Notes under the pieces: generated by a model
Database searches by the model: none
The model's input: only the letters and a program-made list of their open reading frames with translations
What the model was told of the DNA's origin: nothing
Program-made: the position numbers and the translations under genes
From: Minisyncoccia bacterium
GTDB lineage: Bacteria; Patescibacteriota; Minisyncoccia; Phycocordibacterales; CALRBL01
Assembly (NCBI GenBank): GCA_038230075.1
Contig: JBBRNV010000002.1
Span: 62,215 to 126,214, forward strand
Direction of reading: 5' to 3'
DNA length: 64,000 nucleotides
In this document: in pieces, positions 1 through 9,729 of the stretch
How positions within the stretch are numbered: position 1 is the first letter of the stretch
How the letters are laid out: each line of letters begins with the position of its first letter

Positions 1-1
1 A

Positions 2-310
2 ATTTACGTATTTAAAGAAAGCAGTTTTGCGCTCGATTTTGCTAAACAACTACGCGATAATTTGTTGAAAGATGGAGTTCGTTCAAAGATTGGAATCGAC
101 TACGGAGATCTTCTCGTGTTCACCACTCCAGATGGTCATAAAGATATTGCTGGTATGCCTGTGAATCAGGCTTCAAAAATGGCTCAAGATAAAGGCGACT
201 TTGGTCACATATATATGAGTGCGGAAGTTGCTAAGCAGGTGAGTACCGAAGGTTTCTTTAAAACTACCATTGAGGTTTCAGGGGTCACGATTGATCAGTT
301 TGTGTTATAA
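2..310 (+). CDS. 3' end of a hypothetical protein that starts upstream of the window
   Basis: The frame is open from the window start, with no stop in frame from 2 to 310. I see no recognisable motifs. Confidence 0.35.
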   Translation: MYVFKESSFALDFAKQLRDNLLKDGVRSKIGIDYGDLLVFTTPDGHKDIAGMPVNQASKMAQDKGDFGHIYMSAEVAKQVSTEGFFKTTIEVSGVTIDQFVL

Positions 311-321
311 TTCTTCTATAT

Positions 322-978
322 ATGAAATCAAACAAAAAAGGATTCATTGGAATTATTATAGGAATCATTATTGCTTTGGCATTGGCCGGAGGAGCAGTTT
401 ATGTAGGGACTCACCATGCTTCTCAAACCAATTCTAACTTTGCCACCTCTTCAACTGAGACAAAAGTAAATTCAGATTCTCAAGTAACAGCCAATACTAA
501 TGTAAATGTACCAGCTGTTGGAAATGTGAATGTAAACTCTAAAATTACAATAACCGACTCAGATATTAAAAATCTAGGATATGATATCGGTTCTATCGGA
601 GGTAAGTCAGGCCTTACATTGCTCAATGACGGTAAGTTTAGTATTAAAGATGGAAATAATGTTGTCGGCGTTCAGATACACAATTATGCTACTGGAGATA
701 TTAATCATGATGGTACGCAAGATGCAGTTGTTGTGCTCACTCTTCAAGGGGGAAATGCTCCTATAGATGTTCCTTATGCTGTTATCAATATGAATGGAAC
801 ACTCAAAAGTTTTCGAGTATCTCCAAATATGGATGGAGACAATTCATATACCAACATCTCTAAAGTTGTTATCGACGCTCAAGGTAAGGTGTTTCTAACA
901 TACAGACCAAATCGGTTTACAAACGACCAAGTAACGACTTCGTACTCACTTAGTGGAAATGCGTTAGTTCGAAATTAA
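322..978 (+). CDS. Hypothetical membrane-anchored or secreted protein, 218 aa
   Basis: N-terminal hydrophobic helix (IGIIIGIIIALALAGGAVYV) followed by a Ser/Thr/Asn-rich extracytoplasmic region. The start sits in an ATATATG context. Confidence 0.55.
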   Translation: MKSNKKGFIGIIIGIIIALALAGGAVYVGTHHASQTNSNFATSSTETKVNSDSQVTANTNVNVPAVGNVNVNSKITITDSDIKNLGYDIGSIGGKSGLTLLNDGKFSIKDGNNVVGVQIHNYATGDINHDGTQDAVVVLTLQGGNAPIDVPYAVINMNGTLKSFRVSPNMDGDNSYTNISKVVIDAQGKVFLTYRPNRFTNDQVTTSYSLSGNALVRN

Positions 979-1096
979 GTTTGTAATTGCAAATACTCGG
1001 TTTTAATGCTATTCTACCTCTACAAAAGAGAGCGTTTTGACGTGTTTTATTTATCACAAAAAGTTTATTAAACGGCTTAAATACACATAATATTAT

Positions 1097-3244
1097 ATGA
1101 ATCGAGATTATCCATTAGAAAAAGTACGTAACTTCGGAATCATTGCTCACATTGATGCGGGAAAAACAACAACATCAGAACGAATTTTGTACTACACCGG
1201 AATGTCGCACAAAATTGGAGAAGTGCACGACGGTGAAGCAACAACAGACTGGATGGAACAGGAAAAAGAGCGAGGTATTACTATTACTGCCGCCGCTATT
1301 ACTTGTTTCTGGAATCCAACATTTCGAGCAAAAGCTGACGATCTTTCAGGAATGCATCGATTCAACATCATTGACACTCCAGGTCACGTAGACTTCACCG
1401 TAGAAGTAGAAAGATCTCTAAAGGTTCTCGACGGAGGAGTGGTGGTATTCGATGGAGTGGCGGGTGTAGAACCTCAATCTGAAACTGTGTGGCGACAAGC
1501 TGATAAATATCACGTACCTCGAATCTGTTTCATCAACAAACTTGATCGAACAGGAGGATCTTTCGATCGATCATTCAAATCTATTGTTGAACGACTAAAT
1601 AAAAACGCAGTTCGAATGCAACTTCCTATTGGAGAAGAAGCAAACTTTGAAGAAATTATCGACCTTTTGAAAATGAAGGTGTATGCATTTGAAGGTGACA
1701 TGGGAAATAAGATTATCGAAAAAGAAATTCCTGAATCTCATATGGCAGACGCAGTGAAGTATCGAGCAGAGCTTGTAGAAAGAATTGTTGAACATGATGA
1801 CGCTGCGATGACAGATTTTCTTGAAGGAAAAGAAATTGCGATTGACCGATTGAAAGCGATTCTTCGAAAGGCAACTATTGCAAACAAAATCTTCCCTGTA
1901 TTTACTGGTTCAGCACTTAAGAACCGAGGAGTGCAGCTTGTACTTGATGCGGTGGTTGAATATCTTCCATCTCCACTCGACATTCCTCCAGTAAAAGGAA
2001 TCGATCCAAACACAGGTGACGAAATCTTGCGAGCTCCATCAGACTCAGAACCATTTGCTGCGCTTGCTTTCAAACTTCAGACTGACCCATTCGTAGGACA
2101 GCTTACCTTCTTCCGAGTGTACTCAGGAACAATCGAAGCTGGTTCATATATCTATAACTCAACAACAGGAAACAAAGAACGACTCGGACGAATTGTTCGA
2201 CTTCAAGCTAATAAGCGAGAAGAAGTAAAGAAAGTGTATGCCGGAGAAATTGCTGCAGCTGTGGGCTTGAAAGAAGCAAAGACTTCACACACATTCTGTG
2301 ACGAAGCACATCCAATCATTCTCGATCCAATTAAATTCGCAGAACCGGTGGTATCTCTTCGAATCGAACCTGCAACAAAAGCTGACCAAGAAAAAATGGG
2401 AATGGCGCTTAAGAAGCTTTCTGATGAAGATCCAACATTTAGAATTTCAACAAATCCAGAAACTCTTGAAACTATCATTTCAGGTATGGGAGAACTTCAT
2501 CTTGAAATCATGATCGACCGAATGAAACGAGAATTCGGAGTAACAGCAAACGTAGGAAAGCCTCAGGTAGCATATCGAGAAACAATTCTTGGTTCAGCTG
2601 AAGCGGAACACAAATATGTTAAGCAATCAGGAGGAAAAGGACAGTATGGACACGTAAAACTTACTATCAAACCTCTCGAGAAATTAGTTGAAGGAGCAAA
2701 GATTCCTAAGAACGTTAAACGATACGATGACTTCGAATTTATCGACAGTATTAAAGGAGGAGTTATTCCACAAGAATTCATTCCTGCAGTTGAAAAGGGA
2801 GTTCGAGAAGCAATGGAACGAGGAATTGTTGCTGGTTTCAGACTAGTAAATGTATCTTGTGAATTAACATTTGGTTCATATCACGATGTAGACTCATCTG
2901 AAATTGCTTACAAGATCGCAGCATCTCAGGCTTTCCAAGAAGCTGCAAAACGAGCGAAGGCCGTGATTCTAGAACCTATTATGAAAGTTGAAGTAGTTGT
3001 TCCTGAAAAGTTCATGGGAGACATCACAGGAAACCTGAACTCAAAGCGAGCACAAATTGAAGGAATGGAAGAGCGAGGAATGCTTAAGGTGATTCGAGCG
3101 ATGGTTCCACTTTCTGAAATGTTCGGATACACAACTACTCTTCGATCAATGACAGAAGGACGAGGATCAGCAACTATGGAATTTGATCACTACGATGTGG
3201 TTCCTCCACACGTTGCGACAACAATTGCTGAGGCGCGAAAATAG
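1097..3244 (+). CDS. fusA: Translation elongation factor G
   Basis: GTPase G1 motif [17 protein letters not shown] and NKLDR motifs, and full-length (715 aa) EF-G architecture. Confidence 0.97.
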   Translation: MNRDYPLEKVRNFGIIAHIDAGKTTTSERILYYTGMSHKIGEVHDGEATTDWMEQEKERGITITAAAITCFWNPTFRAKADDLSGMHRFNIIDTPGHVDFTVEVERSLKVLDGGVVVFDGVAGVEPQSETVWRQADKYHVPRICFINKLDRTGGSFDRSFKSIVERLNKNAVRMQLPIGEEANFEEIIDLLKMKVYAFEGDMGNKIIEKEIPESHMADAVKYRAELVERIVEHDDAAMTDFLEGKEIAIDRLKAILRKATIANKIFPVFTGSALKNRGVQLVLDAVVEYLPSPLDIPPVKGIDPNTGDEILRAPSDSEPFAALAFKLQTDPFVGQLTFFRVYSGTIEAGSYIYNSTTGNKERLGRIVRLQANKREEVKKVYAGEIAAAVGLKEAKTSHTFCDEAHPIILDPIKFAEPVVSLRIEPATKADQEKMGMALKKLSDEDPTFRISTNPETLETIISGMGELHLEIMIDRMKREFGVTANVGKPQVAYRETILGSAEAEHKYVKQSGGKGQYGHVKLTIKPLEKLVEGAKIPKNVKRYDDFEFIDSIKGGVIPQEFIPAVEKGVREAMERGIVAGFRLVNVSCELTFGSYHDVDSSEIAYKIAASQAFQEAAKRAKAVILEPIMKVEVVVPEKFMGDITGNLNSKRAQIEGMEERGMLKVIRAMVPLSEMFGYTTTLRSMTEGRGSATMEFDHYDVVPPHVATTIAEARK

Positions 3245-3261
3245 TATTCACTAAATATAAA

Positions 3262-3296
3262 ACAAAAGACCTTCGAACAAAGGTCTTTTGTTTTAT
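3262..3296 (+). terminator. Rho-independent terminator after fusA
   Basis: An 8-bp stem (AAAGACCT / AGGTCTTT) with a 7-nt loop, followed by TTTTGTTTTATTT. Confidence 0.6.
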
Positions 3297-3381
3297 TTGG
3301 CTAATTCTGTTAGTGTTCGGTCAGATTGACATAGAAGCGACATCTGTCACTTCGCAATCCTAACCCCAGCCTCGCTAAAAC

Positions 3382-4938
3382 ATGAATAAAATCAATGTTA
3401 AAAGCCTGGCCCAAGGGTCAGGTCCACTTCGTGTGGGAAAAGATTTGTGGGTGGGAGTGAATACACTTCCAACCAGGTTCGAGTGCATTAAGTTCGCTCG
3501 TAAGGTTGTCTCAGTTGCACAACAGCTAGAGCCTTCGCTCGCAGAGTTTCGTATGTGGCAACTTCGTAAAAGGTTTGCACTCGTGTGGATGGTTCTGACC
3601 GATCATTACGAAGTGTCGCTTTGGCAGAATCATTCCGCCGAACCTGTGTGGATGCAGGAGCTACCACTCTGTTTTCAACGCGCTGTCAGAGCAGATGTAA
3701 TTGCCTTCAAGGAATATAGAGATGGCAGAAGGCAGTTCGCGATTTGTCTCAATAATCGTTTCCATGGCTATGGAGGATACGTCGTTCTTGATGAGGGCAT
3801 CATTAATGATATGTGGATTCTTGGCATGGATCGTTTGGGAGGAATCGCTCAGTTGGCATTTCTTCATTGTCCGAACTTCGACAAGAGTAAGTCGACGGCA
3901 CATCTTCGTTTTGAACACACTCGTTTGCTTCACAGCTACGATGTGGTTGTGATCATGGAGTTACTCATTGCAAATAATCATGAAGTGCTCGGTGCACACC
4001 GAAATCTTCTGATTGCCGCAGCGTTTCTTCATGATATTTTCACGCCTGCAGGCGGAGATACGACAAAGGGAATTGACCCCGAAGCTTTCGATGAAGATGC
4101 GATGTTCCCCAAACTCTTCAAAACCGCTCGTTGGAAAGAGTTCAACCTGAAGTACAAGCTTGATGAAGTTGCTCTTGCTGAACTGATTCTTGGAAAAGGT
4201 CCTTTCGGATCTGTCCTCGATCTTGCCGACAAGAGTGCCTACATAGGAAGAGACTTTCAGGTATACCTTAGGTGGTCAATGCAGTTTGGGCCAACGAAGT
4301 ATCCAGAACTTTACACGAAGATGAATGGTTTCGCCCAAGCATATCCTGACGTTGCGTCATTGTGGCAGTATGCGAAGTATGTAGATGGAAAGGTTGTCAT
4401 CACTGACCACCAAGCTCTCTACCACTTTCTGTTGCTTCGAATGATGATGTTCAATAATCTCTACTACAGCCCGCGGGCTCGCTTTCTTGAGTACGTCGTT
4501 GGTCAAATATTGATTAAACACCTCTATGAGACCAAGAAGATTAGTGCAGAAGATTTGCTCAAAGGAAACGATTCATGGCTAGAAGAAGTTCTAGTCAGGG
4601 AGACTGGGTTTTTCCTTCCATTGTTTCAATGGGATTCAACACCTATGCAGGTTGTCGAAACAGAAGAGGAAGTTGCAGCGTTCCGAAAGTTGTATCCTCG
4701 CGAAAGTGGGATGTTGGTTATCGTTGATCGATTCAACCTTATCCCAAAACCAGCAACTGGTCGCTTCTTTGTGGAAAAGGATGGAGTTGTTCTTCCGTTC
4801 AATGAAGCATACCCCGAACTGGCGGCGCATGTTGAAGCCGAAGGTGAAATGAAAGTTCAGATCGCGTGTTACGCTGTTCGACTTGAAGACATGCGTCTTA
4901 AACCGGAAATAGTTGAAGTCATCGAGAGGCTCGCATAG
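3382..4938 (+). CDS. HD-domain phosphohydrolase, SAMHD1/dGTPase-like (dNTP triphosphohydrolase family), divergent
   Basis: Three motifs in SAMHD1-like order and spacing: H..RFEHTRLL, then AAFLHDIFTPAGGD (the HD motif), then DLADKSAYIGRDF. The gene lies in a GC-rich island whose codon usage (GC3-rich, CGT/CGC/AGG) is unlike the rest of the window. Confidence 0.6.
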   Translation: MNKINVKSLAQGSGPLRVGKDLWVGVNTLPTRFECIKFARKVVSVAQQLEPSLAEFRMWQLRKRFALVWMVLTDHYEVSLWQNHSAEPVWMQELPLCFQRAVRADVIAFKEYRDGRRQFAICLNNRFHGYGGYVVLDEGIINDMWILGMDRLGGIAQLAFLHCPNFDKSKSTAHLRFEHTRLLHSYDVVVIMELLIANNHEVLGAHRNLLIAAAFLHDIFTPAGGDTTKGIDPEAFDEDAMFPKLFKTARWKEFNLKYKLDEVALAELILGKGPFGSVLDLADKSAYIGRDFQVYLRWSMQFGPTKYPELYTKMNGFAQAYPDVASLWQYAKYVDGKVVITDHQALYHFLLLRMMMFNNLYYSPRARFLEYVVGQILIKHLYETKKISAEDLLKGNDSWLEEVLVRETGFFLPLFQWDSTPMQVVETEEEVAAFRKLYPRESGMLVIVDRFNLIPKPATGRFFVEKDGVVLPFNEAYPELAAHVEAEGEMKVQIACYAVRLEDMRLKPEIVEVIERLA

Positions 4939-5043
4939 TTCAATTCTAGCGGGCCTTTTCTCATGGGAAAATTTTACTAGTAAATATATAAAAAGAATCG
5001 CCGCGGGCACCGGTGGGTGCGCGCGGCAATGATTCTGCTCGAC

Positions 5044-5271
5044 TCAGACGATTTTTGGTGTGGCCAAGTCTGGCAACAGGTCGGCTTCCCGCGGGATGAT
5101 GGCTTCTTCCGCCATCGGGAATTCGAACACTTGGCGATCGTGACCGGTGTCGCTGGTGGAGCGGTGACAGGTTCCACCGGAACACTCTTTGATGACATAG
5201 TCAGGAGTGCCGTCACTTCGGAGGAACCGACGATACTCGGCTGGAGGTGGTGGAGGAAGGTGCGCGTTCAT
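5044..5271 (-). CDS. Small hypothetical protein (75 aa) inside the GC-rich island, convergent with the HD protein
   Basis: The ORF shows GC3-rich codon usage matching the island. The region has overlapping ORFs in several frames, so the call is uncertain. It contains a Cys/His cluster (CSGGTCHRSTSDTGHD). Confidence 0.25.
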   Translation of the reverse strand: MNAHLPPPPPAEYRRFLRSDGTPDYVIKECSGGTCHRSTSDTGHDRQVFEFPMAEEAIIPREADLLPDLATPKIV

Positions 5272-5425
5272 GGGAGGGGCAGCGTGGGTGAACCGGATGA
5301 ATCCAGGGAACGATGTGAGTTTTGTTCCAATAAAATAATGCCATAGTTTTTACTATTTATCAAACTCTCATAAAACTAATGGCAATCAGATATTTTCACG
5401 TGGTATTATATGAACATCATAGTTC

Positions 5426-5803
5426 ATGAATTCAATTACTGCACAATATATTGCGTGGCATTATAAAGATGGGTACAAAGATTTAAAAAACTTTTGTAAA
5501 ACCATACTTTCCTTCGTTGTCTACTTTTTTTCGGTAAAAACTCTTCTACAAACTTTTTTTCAACCATGGCGGCGAATTATGGAAAGAGGTCAGAAGGGAA
5601 AGATGTTTTCAATACTTCAAGGTTTTGTTGTGACAACACTGATGCGAATCATTGGAGTTATTATTCGAATAATAATGCTTGTTGTTGCTTTGGTTGCTCT
5701 GATTATTTCGTGCGTCATTGCACTTGTTTCTCTTATTGTTTGGCCTTTGTTGCCAATTCTTCTCGTTCTCATTTTTATTGATGGAGTTCTTCATTTTGTA
5801 TAA
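5426..5803 (+). CDS. Hypothetical small integral membrane protein (125 aa)
   Basis: Two to three strongly hydrophobic helices at the C-terminus. The stop at 5803 is followed 5 nt later by the ATG of the AAA+ gene, suggesting translational coupling. Confidence 0.45.
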   Translation: MNSITAQYIAWHYKDGYKDLKNFCKTILSFVVYFFSVKTLLQTFFQPWRRIMERGQKGKMFSILQGFVVTTLMRIIGVIIRIIMLVVALVALIISCVIALVSLIVWPLLPILLVLIFIDGVLHFV

Positions 5804-5807
5804 ATAT

Positions 5808-8189
5808 ATGAGAAATAATTTTTTTGATCAGACATATAATAAGATAGATCGACTTGAATCAACATTTTCTCATGCAAAACGTAGAAAATTGCGAAAGGCA
5901 TTTTTAATCTTGACGCTACTTGCTACGGTCGCTTCTGTTTATCCAGACTATAGAAATCAATCGACTGGTCTCATATTTATTTTTGGAAGCATATATGGCT
6001 TCTTTTCACTTGTTGAAGCTTTTTTCTACTCAGTGTTTAATAAAATTAAAGAGGAAAAAAAGTCGTTTGCAACTCTTTCTTCTATTTCAGGTAATCAATA
6101 TAAGGGAATAATCTTTCACGTTAGTAAGTCTTTTTTCGGCTCTCTTCTTCTTTATAGATTGGGAATCATTAATGATGTTGCATCAGACATGACTGCAATT
6201 GTTACCGAAGAAACGTTGATGGGGAATGAAAGCACTTTGTCTGAACATGTTGATATTACCGCAACAACGAATTTGGGAGCTTTGATGTTTTCTTTATCCA
6301 AAGTTTCACCAACATTTAAAAATATTTTAGAAAAGCACGCAACTACACTTCAGCAACTAACTCATGCAGCTTCTTGGCTTGAACGACTATACATAAAAGA
6401 AATAGAGAGAGAAAAGTGGTGGAGTGAACAAAACCTTTTTAAGACGCAACCTTTTGCGAGTGATTGGGCATATGGCCAAACTGACACGCTCGAGAAGTAT
6501 GGTAGTTTCATTCCTTCTGAATATTCTGGTGCAGAGTCATATCAAGGAGAAATAAATAAGATTGAACTTGTTCTCTCAAAACCAACATCTCCTTATGCTC
6601 TTGTTATTGGTGAAAGCGAAACAGGAACATTAACCTTGATTCAAGGCTTGGCAGGAAGAATTTCTGAAACTCATGATAAGCATGCTGCGCTCCACGGAAA
6701 AAGAATTTTTATGTTGAATACATCGCATCTTTTTCAGATAGTAAAAAATGGTCAAGATTTTGAAGCCACTTTCTCAGGTGTGTTATTCGAAGCAGAACGA
6801 GTTGGTAATGTTGTTTTTGCTATCGACAACTTCAGTCTCTTTATTGAATCAGCCCAATCTCTTGGAGTTGATGGAATCATGCTTCTTGTTTCATGCCTTC
6901 GAGTATCTTCAATGCCACTCATTGTACTCGCCGATACCCACTTATATTTTCAAAAGATTCAGAAACACACAGAGTTGTCGCAATATTTCGAAGTTGTACA
7001 AACATCTATCAAAGATAAAGAATCTCTTCTTTTCTATATTCAAGACCATGTTCTACAAGTTGAAGGAATGTATGAAGTGACATTTCTTTATCAAACCCTT
7101 GAAGTGATTGCAGAATCTGCTGAACGATATTTTGAAGGAGAAGCACTTCGTGAGAAAGCACTCGATTTATTAATTGAAGTTGCAGAAGTAGTAAAAGCAG
7201 AAAAAGGAAGGGTGGTGACAACTGAAAATGTACTATCACTCATTAAACAAAAAACAGGAATCCCAACAGGACAAATTAATGAAGAAGAAAAAGAAAAACT
7301 TCTTAACCTCGAAAGCTTGTTGCATCAAAAGGTGATTGGGCAGAATGAAGCTATTGTTTCAATTGCTAATGCCCTTCGACGTTCTCGAAGTGGTATTGGA
7401 AAACATAATAAACCAATTGGGTCATTTCTGTTTCTTGGTCCAACAGGAGTAGGAAAAACAGAAACAACTAAAGCACTCAGCGATATTTTCTTTGGGGAAA
7501 AGGCTCCCATGGTTCGATTCGATATGTCTGAATACTCGGGCGCCGATGGACTTGCTCGACTGATTGGTCAAAATAATTCTTCAGGATTATTGGCAGATGC
7601 TATTCGAGAAAGACACTACGGAGTACTACTTCTTGATGAATTTGAGAAAGCTTCGAAAGAAGTTCATAATCTTTTTCTACAAATTTTAGACGAAGGATTT
7701 TTCTCTGATTCAACAGGAAAGCATGTGAACTTACGAAATATGATTATTGTTGCAACATCAAATGCGGGAAGTGCTTTCATTATTTCTCAAACAGGAGAAG
7801 ATCTTCAAAAAAACAAACCAGACATCATTAATCAAATTATTTCTCAGGGAATTTTTAGACCAGAACTTTTGAATCGTTTTGACGGAGTTATTTTATTTGA
7901 ATCCCTCAATCAAGAACAGGTTGGAAAAGTAATTCAACTAATGCTTAAAGACCTCTCTCATCGTCTTGAAGAAAAGGGTGTTGAAATTCTTGTGACCGAT
8001 GAATTAGTTCAATATCTTATGTCACATGGAACTGATGCGCGATTTGGAGCACGACCACTTAACCGATTAATTGCAGATGTTATCGAAGAAAAGATTGCAG
8101 AAGGTTTAATTTCTGGAAATATCATGAGTGGTGCAAAAGTCTCATTTGTACAGAACGAACAAGGTGCACTTGATATAAAACAGATGTAG
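5808..8189 (+). CDS. Membrane-anchored ClpA/ClpB-family AAA+ ATPase with a degenerate first nucleotide-binding domain (D1) and an intact second (D2)
   Basis: The C-terminal half aligns to the Clp D2 domain: Walker A GPTGVGKTE, Walker B LLLDEFEKA, sensor-1 ATSNAG, and a GARPLNR sensor-2/ClpB_D2-small region. The region corresponding to D1 has Walker A replaced by GESETGTL (no Lys) and Walker B replaced by FAIDNFS. The N-terminus has two predicted TM helices and no Clp_N repeats. An alternative upstream ATG at 5718 overlaps the preceding ORF. Confidence 0.75.
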   Translation: MRNNFFDQTYNKIDRLESTFSHAKRRKLRKAFLILTLLATVASVYPDYRNQSTGLIFIFGSIYGFFSLVEAFFYSVFNKIKEEKKSFATLSSISGNQYKGIIFHVSKSFFGSLLLYRLGIINDVASDMTAIVTEETLMGNESTLSEHVDITATTNLGALMFSLSKVSPTFKNILEKHATTLQQLTHAASWLERLYIKEIEREKWWSEQNLFKTQPFASDWAYGQTDTLEKYGSFIPSEYSGAESYQGEINKIELVLSKPTSPYALVIGESETGTLTLIQGLAGRISETHDKHAALHGKRIFMLNTSHLFQIVKNGQDFEATFSGVLFEAERVGNVVFAIDNFSLFIESAQSLGVDGIMLLVSCLRVSSMPLIVLADTHLYFQKIQKHTELSQYFEVVQTSIKDKESLLFYIQDHVLQVEGMYEVTFLYQTLEVIAESAERYFEGEALREKALDLLIEVAEVVKAEKGRVVTTENVLSLIKQKTGIPTGQINEEEKEKLLNLESLLHQKVIGQNEAIVSIANALRRSRSGIGKHNKPIGSFLFLGPTGVGKTETTKALSDIFFGEKAPMVRFDMSEYSGADGLARLIGQNNSSGLLADAIRERHYGVLLLDEFEKASKEVHNLFLQILDEGFFSDSTGKHVNLRNMIIVATSNAGSAFIISQTGEDLQKNKPDIINQIISQGIFRPELLNRFDGVILFESLNQEQVGKVIQLMLKDLSHRLEEKGVEILVTDELVQYLMSHGTDARFGARPLNRLIADVIEEKIAEGLISGNIMSGAKVSFVQNEQGALDIKQM

Positions 8190-8197
8190 TCTACAAT

Positions 8198-9493
8198 TTG
8201 GTCATGTCATTTTCTATTGAAATTCTGTACGAAGATTTTAAAAACTCAGCAGGAGTTTGTATCGACAGTCGAAACATAAAAGACAATCAACTATTTTTTG
8301 CATTGAAAGGTGAACGTGTTGATGGAAATTCTTTTGTTGAAGAAGCGCTAAAAAAGAATGTGATTAAAGTAGTTATGAGTAATGAAGATGTGTATAAGAA
8401 TTTGTCACACGACGTAAAGGACAAAGTGTTCCTCGTAAAGGACACTCTTACAATACTTCAAGAACTAGCCATATTTCATCGAAAAACATTTTCAATTCCA
8501 GTTATTGCTATCGGAGGATCTAATGGAAAAACCACTACTAAAGAATTGCTTCGTGAAGTATTGTCGAAAAAATATAAAGTCTATGCGACAGAAGGGAATT
8601 TAAATAATGATGTCGGACTTCCGTTAAGTATTCTCCGAATTACAAAAGACATTGAGATTGCGGTTATTGAACTCGGCGCAAACCACATAGGAGAAATTGC
8701 AAACCTATGTCTCATTGCACAACCTACACATGGTCTCATTACGAATATCGGTAAAGCACACATTGGTGAGTTTGGATCACTCGATGGAGTTCTCAAAGGA
8801 GAGGGTGAGTTGTTCGATTATCTATCAGAACATAACGGCTCATATTTTTTAAATGAAGAAGATATTCGATTAGTTAAGAAAACTCAAAACAAGCCCCAGA
8901 TCATAAAAGCAACATATAACCGAAGTTTGGCTGATGGTATTGAAAACGAGCTTCCTGGTGAACACAACAAACAAAATATGGCTGCAGCTCTTGTTGTTGG
9001 TCGTTTTTTCGGGGTAGATGAGGTACTTATAAAAGAGGCTATTTCTGCATATAAACCAACACTCGGTCGTTCAGAATGGAAATTATGGCTCAGCAACAAG
9101 GTTTTTTACGATGCTTACAATGCCAATCCTTCAAGTATGGCTGTTGCTCTCGAAACGTTTGTTTCGCTTAAAAACCTTGAAAAATGGCCCAAAATGGCTA
9201 TTTTAGGAGATATGAAAGAGCTTGGAACGTATACTACAACTGAACATGCAACTGTTGTTGAGCAAGTAGAAGCATATATAGAACAAGGAAAGCTTCAGAA
9301 AGCTATATTTGTAGGCTTAGATTTTGAAAATGTTGCTAAAAGTATGGAAACTGATTGCGAAACAACCTTATTTTTCAGCACCCTTGAAGATCTTAAATTT
9401 TATTTTGATAAACTAGGTTATCCAAAAGGTGAGACTATTTTTATGAAAGGAAGTCGAGGAATGAAACTAGAGACTATTTTAAATTGGAACTAG
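8198..9493 (+). CDS. murF: UDP-N-acetylmuramoyl-tripeptide--D-alanyl-D-alanine ligase
   Basis: Mur ligase motifs GGSNGKTTTKE and GNLNNDVGLPLSIL, and a C-terminal domain with GSRGMKLE. Confidence 0.9.
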   Translation: MVMSFSIEILYEDFKNSAGVCIDSRNIKDNQLFFALKGERVDGNSFVEEALKKNVIKVVMSNEDVYKNLSHDVKDKVFLVKDTLTILQELAIFHRKTFSIPVIAIGGSNGKTTTKELLREVLSKKYKVYATEGNLNNDVGLPLSILRITKDIEIAVIELGANHIGEIANLCLIAQPTHGLITNIGKAHIGEFGSLDGVLKGEGELFDYLSEHNGSYFLNEEDIRLVKKTQNKPQIIKATYNRSLADGIENELPGEHNKQNMAAALVVGRFFGVDEVLIKEAISAYKPTLGRSEWKLWLSNKVFYDAYNANPSSMAVALETFVSLKNLEKWPKMAILGDMKELGTYTTTEHATVVEQVEAYIEQGKLQKAIFVGLDFENVAKSMETDCETTLFFSTLEDLKFYFDKLGYPKGETIFMKGSRGMKLETILNWN

Positions 9494-9551
9494 TAATATA
9501 AAGCCTTATTCTAAAGGACATTTTTACTAAAGCATCATTTATCGATTAAGT

Positions 9552-9580
9552 TTGACAGCAGTGATTTTGACTGCTAGTAT
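9552..9580 (+). promoter_or_regulatory. Sigma70-like promoter for the tuf/ribosomal operon (TTGACA-N17-TAGTAT)
   Basis: TTGACA at 9552-9557, a 17-nt spacer containing a small hairpin (GCAGT..ACTGC), and TAGTAT at 9575-9580. This lies about 150 nt upstream of tuf. Confidence 0.45.
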
Positions 9581-9729
9581 GCCCAATACGCTTTTGCGTT
9601 GGCAGTTGGTAGAATTTTTATAATTATCATTATTAACGATCTATAGGTTACTTGGATAAGGCCCACTTTCATTGGTTGAGCTTTTAGCCAAAGAGAACTA
9701 GAGATCAAAACTAATTAAACAATATTTTT

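Noticed and set aside
1143-3132. Multiple 60-110-aa ORFs on both strands inside fusA
   Set aside because: They are fully overlapped by the high-confidence fusA frame. They are low-complexity and have no motifs, so they are frame-shadow ORFs.
4961-5346. Overlapping ORFs 4961..5185(-), 4977..5216(-) and 5017..5346(+) in the GC-rich island
   Set aside because: GC-rich DNA yields long open frames in several phases, and these translate to Arg/Pro/Gly-rich nonsense. Only 5044..5271(-) looks remotely protein-like, and it is kept at low confidence.
5718-5807. Upstream ATG (5718) as the start of the ClpA-like gene
   Set aside because: It would overlap the preceding membrane-protein ORF by 86 nt in another frame. 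The ATG at 5808 lies 5 nt after that ORF's stop and sits in the typical ATATATG context.
9590-9625. Possible tRNA gene upstream of tuf
   Set aside because: Only a D-arm-like segment is present, with no anticodon arm, T-arm or CCA context.
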